Below the pieces are notes generated by a model, which was not told where the DNA came from, ran no database searches, and was given only the letters and a program-made list of their open reading frames with translations. Both the position numbers and the translations under genes were made by a program. From Callorhinchus milii (taxonomy: Eukaryota): DNA of 64,000 bases. Below, piece after piece: positions 11,101-23,100 of this stretch (position 1 is its first letter; each line of letters starts with the position of its first letter). The stretch lies in contig NW_024704743.1 of NCBI RefSeq assembly GCF_018977255.1, positions 28,274,001 through 28,338,000 of the forward strand, in the 5' to 3' direction.

Positions 11101-14100
11101 AGGGTCCATCATGGTAACAGCAGCCACTCTGACTGCCCTATCCCCCATTCTCGCCACAAGGCCCATCAGTATCTGACCATGGGGGCCAACCTCTCCTCCC
11201 TCATCCACATCCCCTCCCTCCTGTCAGTCCTCCCCCTCCATCTTGAATCAAATTTAAGGGTCTATTGGCAGATACGGCTGAACCTTATCAAATTTTAGCA
11301 CTCTGCCCTCGTCTCTGCTAAATCGTTGATCTACTCCAAGAAAGTCTTGGAGGCCAAGAATAACCCCAGGCTCCTCTGCTCCATCACCAACTGGCTCCTC
11401 CACCCACCTTCTCATGCCTCACCCATCCTCACCTCCAATACCAACTGCAAGGTGATGCTGGACTTCCTCAAATCCAAGTCGAGGGGAACCACTCAACTGC
11501 CTCTGCCCTTCCATTTACTATGCCCTCCCCAACTCCCCCTTGCACCCCAGCCCCTACACACCCCTCCCTCCACACCTTTGAACCTGTCTCCCACTTCTCT
11601 CTCACCACCACTATAACCCGCATGAAACCGACCACCTGCTCCCTCGACCCCATCCCTGCCCCTCTCCTTACCTCCCAGCTCCACCTCCTTGCCCCTCTAC
11701 TCACATCATAACCTCTCCCTGTCCACTGGTACCATTCCCACCCTTTTATAAACAACCATCATCACTCTTATCCTTAAAACAAACCCTCCCTGGATCCATT
11801 TCTGCTCTCAAACTACTACCCTATCTCCAACCTAACTTTCCTTTCCAAGGTCCTGGAACAAGTTGTTGATTCCCAGCTTTGCTCCTTCCTCTCCCACCAC
11901 TCCCTCAACGAATCCCCCCAATTGGGTTTCTGTGCCGCCCATAGCACAGAAACCGCTCTGCTCAAAGTGACAAATGACATTCTGTCCATCTGCGACCAGG
12001 GTTCCCTCTGCCTCCGGTCCTCCTTGACCTCTCTGCTATCTTCGACACCGTTGACTGCTCTAACCTCATCCACTGTCTTTCCTCTCACCTCAACCTTCAC
12101 AGTTCTGACCTTGAATGGTTCAGATCGTACCTCTCACAACTCCACAAACGGTTTCTCCTCTCGCCCCCTTAGCGTCTCGTGCGGTGTTCCTCAGGGCTCT
12201 GTCCTTGGTCCCCTCTCTTCAATATTTATACTCTCGCTCTTGGTGACATCATCCACAGACATGGCGTCAACTTCCACATGTATGCGGATGACACCCAACT
12301 CTACCTCTCTGCCTCCACCCTTGACTCCAGGACGAATGGTGTCCTGACAGAATGTCTGTCAGACATCAAGTCCTGGATGAGAGCTAACTTTCTTCAGTTG
12401 AATATGAACAAGGCCAAGTCTCTCCTGATTGGCTCCTGTCAGTGAATCCTCACCTCAGGCGCTGGCAGCATCACCATGCATGGATGCACACTCTATCTTA
12501 CTAAACCAGTCCAGAATCTTGGCGTCTTGTTTGATCCTCAACTATCCTTTCTACTCCACATCCATGCCATGATCAATTCTGCATTCCCCCACCTCCACCT
12601 CCACAACATCGCCTGGCTCCACCACTGTCTCACACCGCAGGCCGCCAAAAACCTCATACACACATTCATAACAAATTCCTCCCTTGTCCGCTTCCCCAAT
12701 TCCTCCCTCCATAGGCTGCAGATCATCCAGAACTCTGCAGCCCATGTCTTGTCGTGCACCAGGCTCCTTGACCCTATCAACTCCATCCTTGCCCAACTCC
12801 AGTGGCTTCCCATTGCACAGAGAATCCAGTTCAACATTTTGGCAGCATCACCTTCAAAGCCCTCTATAATCTTGCTCCCCACTACATCTGTGACCTCCTA
12901 ACCCCCTACCATCCTGCCTGCTCTCTCTACTCAACGGGCTGCGGCCTGCTTCACGTCCTCTGCCTCACCCACCCCACCATTGGCGGGCAGGCCTTCTGCC
13001 ACTCTGCCCCAAACCTCTGAAACTCCATCCTGCATTCCCTTCACCTCGTCCCCTCCCACTCTCCCCAATCCCGACCCCCAGCTTGGATTCAAAATACTGA
13101 CTGTCCAGTGCCTTGGGACGTCCTCCTGACGTGAAAGGTACTATACGAATGTAATTGTGTTGTTGTTGTTATCAAAATCTCCATTATTTTAGCGTGCAAC
13201 TATTAAGATGATTGAAGGTGAACTAGATGGAACTTGATCTTTTTTCATCTAACAATTCCTATGTTCCGAAGTAGAGTGAGTACATGTGTTTTGTGGATGG
13301 CTTGTTACATTAAAATTAATTCAAATTTAATACCATTGTATCGCATTTTAAAATGGTCAGAATTTCACGTAAGTGTAAACTATTAAGTGAACTGATTTTA
13401 TCTGTAATAAATGGACTTTATGTGTTTTTTCATTTCATTTCAGTTGACAGTTTTGGCACAACCAAAAGTGTGGTTAGATGCTGCCACACAGATCTACTTC
13501 TCTTTGTCTTTGGGCTTTGGAGGATTTATTGCGTTCTCCAGCTATAACCCACCAAAGTAAGAATATTCCTTTCTGTATATTGTCAAGAAATTTGCTCAAC
13601 AGTAGGAAAAACATTGTCTTACATCAAAATTTCATTGGGACTTTAAACTCACATAGTCTTTACTGACATTCCAATATAGTACTGGGTATGTGTGTTCCAT
13701 GGTGATGCCATCCTTCAAATGAGATGTTAAACTGAGGTCCCGTCAGCATGTTTAGATGGATGTTAAAGCTCCCATGGCACAATTCGTAAAGAGAAGGGAG
13801 AGAAACTCAGAGCTCATCCCATGGCATTATTTGAAAAGAAAAGCAGGTTTCTCTTGGTGCCCTGGCAAGCAATCCCCCAAATAAAATTGGTCACTCACTT
13901 TGTGGACTGTGTGCAATTCGGCTGCCACATTAAATCCTGTGAAATGATTTGAGACATCCTCCAGATACTATACCAAATGCAAGGATAATAATAATTATTA
14001 TTATTATATAATATTATTATTATTATTACATATCACTGACCTTCTCTCCCCCGCCTATCATTCATTAAGAACTTGCAGAAAATTAGCTTCAAAATTAAGG

Positions 14101-17100
14101 CTGTATATAAGAATTTACCAAATTCTGGACTCTGAAATATTACATAAATTGAGTAAATCTAGATCTTGGTTGTATTTCTGCAATAAGATAATAAATAGAA
14201 GCTCACAAAGAGAAATACATTTTCACTACATGAAAATCTTGTTTTTCAGGAATGATTGTGAGGCAGACGCAGTGGGAGTGGCTATTTTGAACAGCATTAC
14301 GTCTCTATTTGCTTCTATCCCACTTTTCTCTATTCTTGGATTTAAGGCAAATGTGGCTTACTGTTCTTGCTTGGACAAGTAAGTGGAGCTCATTTATACT
14401 TGTACTGTTCTTATACTAAAACAGTTAAATCGAAAAGGTAATAATTGTTCTGGATTTCTTTTTGCAAACAACTGGGAAGGAATTGTCAGGAACTGTCGTT
14501 TTCATGAAGACAGTGGGATTGATCATTAACAGTTGAGACTTTTCTCATTCCGTGTTGATAATTGCTTCTTTTTTTTAACATGGGCAATGGCCCTTTAACT
14601 ATAATTTCCTGTTAATTGCTGCATTAATTGCTGCTGCATTCTCCTACAAATAGACAGTCAGAACTTTTTTACAGTAAAACGTTTGAAGCGCTTTGAGGCA
14701 TCCTCTGCCCTGAATGGCTTTATATCAAATGCAAGAATTATTACAATGGGAAATCTCATTGTCTCTTTAATGATTATATTTATTTGTATTTACAATGCAT
14801 AACAATTTCTCAACAGGAATGTATTACTAATCACAAATGAATTTGATATCCAAGATGGAAGCATTACAAGAGACAATTATGCCAGCTGGTTAGATAACTT
14901 GAATGACACCCATCATGACAAAATATCCAATCTGGATTTGAAGAATTGTGATCTTAAGGATTTTCTGGATCAGGTCTTTCCTTTTCATTTAACTGTAAAC
15001 AATCATGTGTCTTCCAGCAACATCAGATTAATCTATTTCATGTCAGCTTCAGTTTTGCATACAAAATACAGTCACTGCATTTGCAGTATATTCTATGAAG
15101 CGCTTTGAGCCGTCCTCCTGACATGTAAGGATTGTTATTAAATCAGACTGATTGCAGATTGAGATGATGCTGTAGTTTAGCAGAATTCCTTGTCAACTCT
15201 AAGACCTGGACTGATGGGATGAGAGTCCAATGACTCTACATAGCTGTAAAGAACATATGTAAATTGAGTCTGAGAGCCTCAAATCAGTTCCTGGTGAACC
15301 TGACAATGAGAAACCAAAAACTGGGCTGGTGTAGGAAATTAAATTGCTACACTGGTGCAGTAAGACGTACACTTCTGAGCTTGGGAGTTAAGTCAAGGAA
15401 GCAATTTCCCTGTGTCCAAAATGTTTGCTAGTTTCCAGACATATACTGAATTTTAGCAAATCTTGAATTCAATGTCGGTTTTCTAAAGTTTTTAAAATAA
15501 GTTACCAAAACTTGGCTTCAAAATTAAGAATTTTCTGAATGCTCCAAAATGTTCAATAAATAGTCAACTTTGGCCGAGCTAGGCTCAGTTCCCTAACAGG
15601 TAAAGTAGAATTAAGAGGTTTATTTTGTATCTAATACATTGACTGATCTGGGAGCCAGTGAAAGGTATGAAAGTAAGTAGAAAAAATCCAAACTAAGACT
15701 GATATTAATTCCCAAATTATCCTACACAATCTTAAATTTGAAGATGACTTTTATAATATGGTTTGGCCTCAGTAAAGTGAAAACCATTCTGTGGCTTAAA
15801 CATATTGCTAAATGGGAGACGCTGACCTGATGCAGTTGTTCAAGCTGACCTTCGATACTGTTATTCTAAAAATTAAAATATTCTTGGTTCTCCAGTTCCA
15901 GGGTTTCTCACCATAATACGTACATTTCATTGAAATAGGTAAATTGACTTGTTACCCATTTGCCACTGGTAAAGAGATTTGCGCAGTCAAATTGAAATGA
16001 CGCGGAATTATGAATAGTAAACAGTAAAATACAGGGCTGTAACTTAATCCAGGAGGTTCCGATCATTCAGAAACCGCAAGGACAAAGTTCAATTGGTTTA
16101 TGAGCATTATCTTAACCAAGAGGTAAAATAAAAACTTGAACAATCACTTCATATCATCTGTAAATGATACTGTATGCATTTTTCTCAGTAAAGTGAAAAT
16201 AATGCTGATAGTTAAAAATATTGCTACATCATCCTGTTGTCAATCATTCTAAAATAAGAATGGAACATGATTCAAGTCGCAGTTCATGAGCCTTGTGGTT
16301 ACTGTTTAGAATTGATTGTGATCGGCTTGTTCATGAACTAACACAAGGATAAGGTAACACCATGAGGTTTATCAATGGATCTCAAACCTGCTCTTCCTGG
16401 CCAAAGTTTTAGAATGCATCGCTGCAAATCAGCTTTGCTCACACCTCTTCCTCCAATCCCCACTCGAACCCCTTCAGTCCGTTTTTCATCCTGCCCACAG
16501 CACAGAGACAGCGCTCGTCAAAGTGATATCCTGTCTCTCTGTGACCAGGGCTCCCTCTGCCTACTGGTTTTCCTGGACCTCTCCTACGCTTTCAACGGAG
16601 TCGATCACACCATCCTCCTCCACTGTCTCTCCTCAATCATCCACCTTAGTGAGACCGCACTCGCATGGTTCGAGTCCTATTCAACTAACTGCCAACAATA
16701 TATTTCGGCAAATGTTTTTTCCTCCCAGCCCCACCCGGTAACCTGTGGGGCATCCCAAAACTCCATCTTTGGCCCCCTTCTTTTACTTATCTACATGCTC
16801 CATCTCTGCAATGTCAACCGCAGACATGGGGTCATCTTCCACATGTATGCAGATGACGCCCAAATCTACTTCTCCTCCTCCAGCTGCGATTCACAGTCCA
16901 CTGGTGTTGTGTCAGCTTGTTTGATGGACATCAAGGCCTGCAGTTGAATATCGGCAAGACGGAACCCCTACTCAATGGCTCCAGTCAATGTATTCTCTTC
17001 TGTGGGTCTGAACTCCTCAATCTCCCCTGGATCTCCCTCAGACTCACCAAACCCGTGCGCAATGTAGCCATCAGGTTCAATCCCCAGCTTTCCTTTTCCT

Positions 17101-20100
17101 TGTTCCCTGACTAGGACCGTATTTTTCCACCTCTGACACATGGCCCGCCCTCCGTCCATACCTTACAATTAAAGGAGCCAAAACTCTCATCTACTCCTTC
17201 ATCACTTCCCAGCTGGACTATTTCAATGCCCTCCTTGTTAGTCTCCCCAGCTCCATGAAGTTCAACTAATTCAAAACATCTGGATACTCAGCGCACATCA
17301 TACCAGTCCTTGCCAGGCTCCACTGGCTCCCAATAACCGATGCTCCCACTGCATCTGTTCAGCTAGCTCTGGCTTCCTGTTTGTCCCTTGTCCCCTCTGC
17401 TCCACCATCGGTGGCTGTGCCTTCAGCCACTACGCCCCGAAACTCTGGTACTCTCTCCCTCAATTACCTCCCCAACTTCAAATCCCACCTAAAGACCTTC
17501 CTTTTTGATCGTGCTTAGAGTCACCTCCCCACTCCCTCTCCCCGGCTCGAGATCAGACTCCGCCACTGTCAAGAGTTCCAGGACGCTGCCCCATGTGAAG
17601 GACACTATATAAATGCAAGATGTTGTGGTTGGATGTTGGGGTTTCCAGCACTGATTTATTTTTCTCGTGAACAATTCTCTGAACCACTGCTGTGTCATTC
17701 TTTTGACTTCACTATCAGTGCGGATAGTTTACTAACATCTAGTTATCCTACATAAATAGGATGGAGTCCTGTAGCTCAGTGGTTAGAGCACTCGCTTTGC
17801 AAGCGAGAGACCTGAGTTCAGTTCCAGGCAGGGCGAAACCTTGGGCAAGTTTCCTTACTCCACACGCCTAATAATAATCCCTCCAAAAAACCAAAAAACA
17901 ATAATTAAATTGGTCATTTTCAATCTACGACTGTTTGTGGGACATTGCTGTGCGCAATTGGCTGCCGCGTTCGCCCACAAATATACAGTCAATTCACTTT
18001 ACAGTGTATTCTGTGAAGCGCTTTGGGACGTCCTCCTGACGTGAAAAGCGCTATATCAAATGCAAGGATTATTATTATTATTATATAAATATATGGGTAC
18101 ACTAAAGTCACCATATAGATTACAAAAAGGCAGTCTGTCAGGACACCAGTGGTCCTGGGGTTAAGGGTGGAGGCAGAGAGATAGAGTTGGGTATCATCCA
18201 CGTATATGTGGAAGTTGACCCCATTTCTGTGGATGATTTCACCAAGAGGAGGTTGAAGGGGAGAGGACCAATGCAGAGTCCTGAGAACACTGCACAAGAT
18301 GATTTGGGGGCTGGAGGAGAAGCCATTTGTGGACACAAAGTGGAGCCGATGTGAGAGATAGGATTGAACCATTCAAGGGCAGAACCTTGAAGGTTAAGGT
18401 GAGAGGAGAGGCAGTGGAGGATGATAGAGTGGTCCACAGTGTCAAGGGCAGCCGAGAAGGATGAGGAGAAAGAGGAAGTCCACAGACGGACAGAATGTCA
18501 TTTGTCACCCTGACCAGGGCTGTGGGCAGCACAGAAACCCAATTGGAGGGGTTTGTAAAGGGATTGGTAGGAGAGGAAGGAGTGAAGTTGTGAAGGAACA
18601 ACTCTTTCAAGGACCTTGGAAAGGAAAGGGAGGTTGGAGATGGGATGGTAGTTAGTGACCATCCTTCCTGATAATTTGTTCCAGTCATTAAGTACCCTCT
18701 GGGTAAAGAAATACTTCTTGGTGTCTGTCCTTTGCTATCCTGAATGTGTGACTTCTTGCTCTGCTTGTCTAATCATTGCTCATAGCTTATTCTATAACAT
18801 TGGGGATTATCCTCTTTGCTTTCTTCTGTACTGCCTCATCATAGTAGCCCCCTTATGTCAGCCAACCAGAACTGTATGCAGTAATCTAGATATCGCCTGA
18901 CCAGAGAACTGTACAGCTTGAGCATAAACTGAGCTGATTTGGCAATATAACCCAGCATCCTGCCCCCACTCTTTGGAACTCCATTCCATATTCTCTGTGC
19001 CTCGCTCTCTCCCTTGCCTCCTTCAAGGCACGTCTCAAGACCTTTCTCTTCGACCGTGCCTTTGGCAATCTTCCTACCCTCCACTCTCCCTGATCCCAAC
19101 CCACCCCCACCCACACCCACCCCGAGACCAAATCCCTGACTGTCTAGTGCTTTAGGACATCCTCCTGATGTAAGAGGCACTATACAAATGTAATTTTGTA
19201 TTGTGTGTATTATATCCTAGTTGTCTTTGTTTTGACATGGTGAGCGATAAGTCAACGAACACACCAAGGTTTCTTTTAATTCCCCCCTTGGCAAGTTCTA
19301 TCCCTTCAATGGAACATATATACCTCCTATTTTTAATGTGATGTGATACCATTGATATCCATTGGTATTATTCCAGAAGTAGAAACTGTGAAAATGTCAG
19401 CCCTACAACACACATTTGTCTATTTCCAGGATTCATGCAAGCTCAGCTCTTCCACACACACGATCAACAACAGAAGCTAGACTCTTCCATAGAGTAGAAA
19501 AGGGGATGGTTTAGTACATGCTGTAAGGAGACAGCAAGAGTAACAAAAGAAACAAAATTATTCATTATCCATTATTTATTCACAGATTCACTCTCAAATG
19601 TCTATATATAAATATAGCAGTTTGTTAATATTTGTTCTTTTACACAGAGCGCATCAGGCACTGGGCTGGCATTCATTATCTTTACTGAAGCTATCATTCA
19701 AATGCCTGGGTCTCAGGTGTGGTCCATCCTATTTTTCATCATGTTATTCAGCCTGGGCCTGTCATCAATGTTCGGGAACATTGAGGGAGTCGTTGCTCCT
19801 TTGCTAGATTTGAAGCTGCTACCAAAATATATTCCAAAGGAAGTGATTACAGGTAAATGGCCACTGACGTCTAACTAATTCAGCGAGGGCAGAAAAAGCT
19901 CACCTTGTTTTCAACAAAATAATGTTGGCCACACATATTGGATGCCAATAGATCTTGACTATCAATAGATCACGATTTCAAGAACCTCAGACTCACTTAC
20001 AAATCACTTTGTGCTCAAGCACCTCCGTACCTCTCCAACCACTTACACCCTACTGCACTACCTACCTCTTCTCTCAGCTGGCTCAGGTCTGTACATTCCT

Positions 20101-23100
20101 CAACCCCTCTGTTCCACCATCGCTGCCTGTGGTTTCAGCCACTGTACCCCCTCGCTCAATCCCTCCGCCTTGTCCCCTCTGTCCTGTCCTCTCTTTGCCT
20201 GTCTTCAGATTGCAGCTGAAGACCTTTCTCTTTGACTGTGCCTACGGTCACATCTCTTTTCTCCTCCGCTCATCATAAACAACCCCATTGTTAAACGCTT
20301 CAAGACACCACCCCACGTGAAAGGCGCTATTCAAATGCAAGTTGTTATTGCTGTTATTGATTATTTCCATTGAGCTTTACCATTTCCAACCAGTTACCTT
20401 ACAAGACTCACATTTCAATTGTTTGTCAGAATATACTGCACTTTTAAAAACATATTGCCCAACAATTACGCTTGATATACTTTCCCTCGAAGGATCCTTC
20501 CCATGGCATTGGGGTGTAAACAGTTTCTAGTGTGGACATAAATGAGGGAAATGATGTGTGTGTGAAGTTCTCAAAAAACAGCACAGTTGAGGAAAATCAA
20601 GAGACCTGGATTCCTTGGGAATTATGCATCAAGCAATTGTTTCCTTTGTAAAATCTTTTGCTCAGAACAGTTAATGCAGCACAGAGCAGGTCTTGAACCT
20701 GTAATATTCTGGCACATATAATCCTGTACCCACTGCACTGGTGGCAATAACTTCACCCACTATGCACTGGAGGAAGTGATCACATGATCTTAATGGAAAA
20801 TAGGGTGCAAAGTTATTTTTAACCAATTGTTCCGGCAGTATAAATATTGCACTTTACCAGTCAAACCTAATTACATCATGAGATTATAAACCAAATTAAT
20901 ATGGAATCTCGTTTGATGTTGTGTAGCACTCAGGTGGGTGGAGAGTGAATGGGGCTGTCTACACCCACATTATAAATTGATCTGGATAGGAACATATCTG
21001 ATTTATCAAGGTCAGATGACAGTTAAAAATAAGCTTAAAAAGTTAACTTTTACCCTTTGAACCCAAGACATGAATGCGGAAATTGAACATCAAAAGGACA
21101 CAGTTTAACAGAGAACAGTCTAGCAGTTACATTATATTTGTACCCACCATTTTTCTAGAAAATACAACTGCTGTATGAGCCTGGAATTCAATTATATCAT
21201 ATTGTAAAGCTCAATTGTATCATATCATGTAAAACACAAAAGACACAAAGCTGTCTTTTGTGTTTCATAACCATAAGTAAGGCCGCACACACAGAATTAA
21301 GCAATCAACTTAACAGAGCTATGATAAGAGCAACAATTAGACAAGGTGGAGTTCTTTAGTTTAATAAGTTGGCTATCATATTTCACCCACAAAATAAACA
21401 GTCAATTCACTTTGCAATATATTCTGTGAAGCACTTTTGAGACGTCTCAATGATGTGAAAAGGCCCTGTAACAACTAGAAGGATTGATTGTATCATTGTA
21501 GTCTTGAAACTACTGCCCCATCTCCAACCTCCCTTTCCTCTCCAAGGTCCTGGAATGAGTTGATACTTCTCGGCTTCGCTCCTTCCTCTCCCGCCACTCC
21601 CTTCTCGAACCCCTTCAATTGAGTTTCCAGGCCTCCCACAGCACAGAAACAAAGTGATTGGTCAAAGTGACAAATGACGCTCTGTTCATCTGTGACCAGG
21701 GCTCCCACTGCCTCCTCGTCCTCCTTGATCTCTCTGCTGCCTTTGACACCGTCGACCACTCTATCCTCATCCGTCGCCTCTCCTCTCACTTCGACCTTCA
21801 TGGCTCTGTCCTTGACTGGTTCACATCATACCTCTCACACTGCCTCCACCTCATCTCCACAAACGGTTTCTCCTGTAGCCCCCACACCATCTTGTGCGGT
21901 GTTCCTCAGGGCTCTGTCCTTGGTCCCCTCTTCTTCAATATCTATATGCTCCCTCTTGGTGACATCATCTCCCACTGTCTCACACCACAGGCCGCCAAAA
22001 CCCTCATACATGCTTTTATTACATCGAGGCTTGATTATGCAAGCTAATTCCTCTTCGGCCTCCCCAATTCTTCTCTCCACACGCTGCAGGTCATCCAGAA
22101 CTTTGCAGCCCGTGTCCTTTCCCGCACTAGGCTCCTCGACCCTATTACCCCCATCCTTGCCCGAATCCACTGGCTTCCCATCACAGAGGATACAGTTCAA
22201 GATGCTGGTCCTCACCTTCAAAGCCCTCCATAATCTTGCTCCCCATTACCTCTGTGACGTCCTAAACTCCTACCATCCTGCTCGCTCCCTCGTGGACTCC
22301 GGCCTGCTTCAAGTCCCCTTTAGGCCTTCTGCCACGCTGCACTCACCCTCTGGACCACCATCCTGCAGTCTCTCCACCTCGCCCCCTCCCTTGCCACCTT
22401 CAAGAACCATCTTAAGACCCTCCTCTTCGACCGTGCCTTCGATCTCCCTGTTTCCCCCCTTGCCCTGCATCCTCCACGACCCCAACCCCCAGCTCAGGTC
22501 CAAAACTCTGTCTGTCCAGCGCCTTGGGATGTCCTCCCGATGTGAAAGACATTATACAAATGTAATTTTGTTGTTGTTGTTGTGATGTCTCAAATGGGAA
22601 TCTCATAGACGTGTACAAGATTTTAGATGGGATTCAGAAAGTAAACCTCAAACAATTCTTTGAGATTCACTAATAAAGCAGAAGAAAAGGACACAGGTTT
22701 AGGATAACAAAAGGTTCCTCTTTTGGACATCGAAACAGCATGAGTAATAAACACTGAATGTGTATTAATCATTCATTTTTCTTTTTTTAGGCATCATATG
22801 CATGGTATCTTTTGTGATAGCTCTTACCTTCACTTTGGCATCTGGGAATTACTGGTTCGAAATTTTTGACACCTTTGCAGTCTCTCTGCCTCTACTGATC
22901 ATTGCTTTCTTCGAGTTCATCGGGGTTGCCTATGTATATGGTATGGATAAGTAAGTAGGAAACTGTGCATTATCTGATCACTTTCAGTGGTTACATTTCC
23001 TGCCTCTCCTGCTGTCAAAACAATTAATCACAATCCATTTCTCTTAAACTTTCTCCATTGGTATTTTTATAGCATAAATACGCCGTTAATTGCTTACCTT

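Noticed and set aside
15150..15460. Possible ancient SINE relic or conserved non-coding element
   Set aside because: Too degenerate to classify by eye; needs a Dfam search
17763..17840. tRNA-Ala gene
   Set aside because: The T stem is mismatched, there is no oligo-T terminator, and it runs straight into a SINE body repeated many times in the window
21674..22585. 303-aa ORF as a novel protein
   Set aside because: Mostly an off-frame Ser/Pro-rich reading of a C-rich L2 relic, entering the L2 frame only briefly
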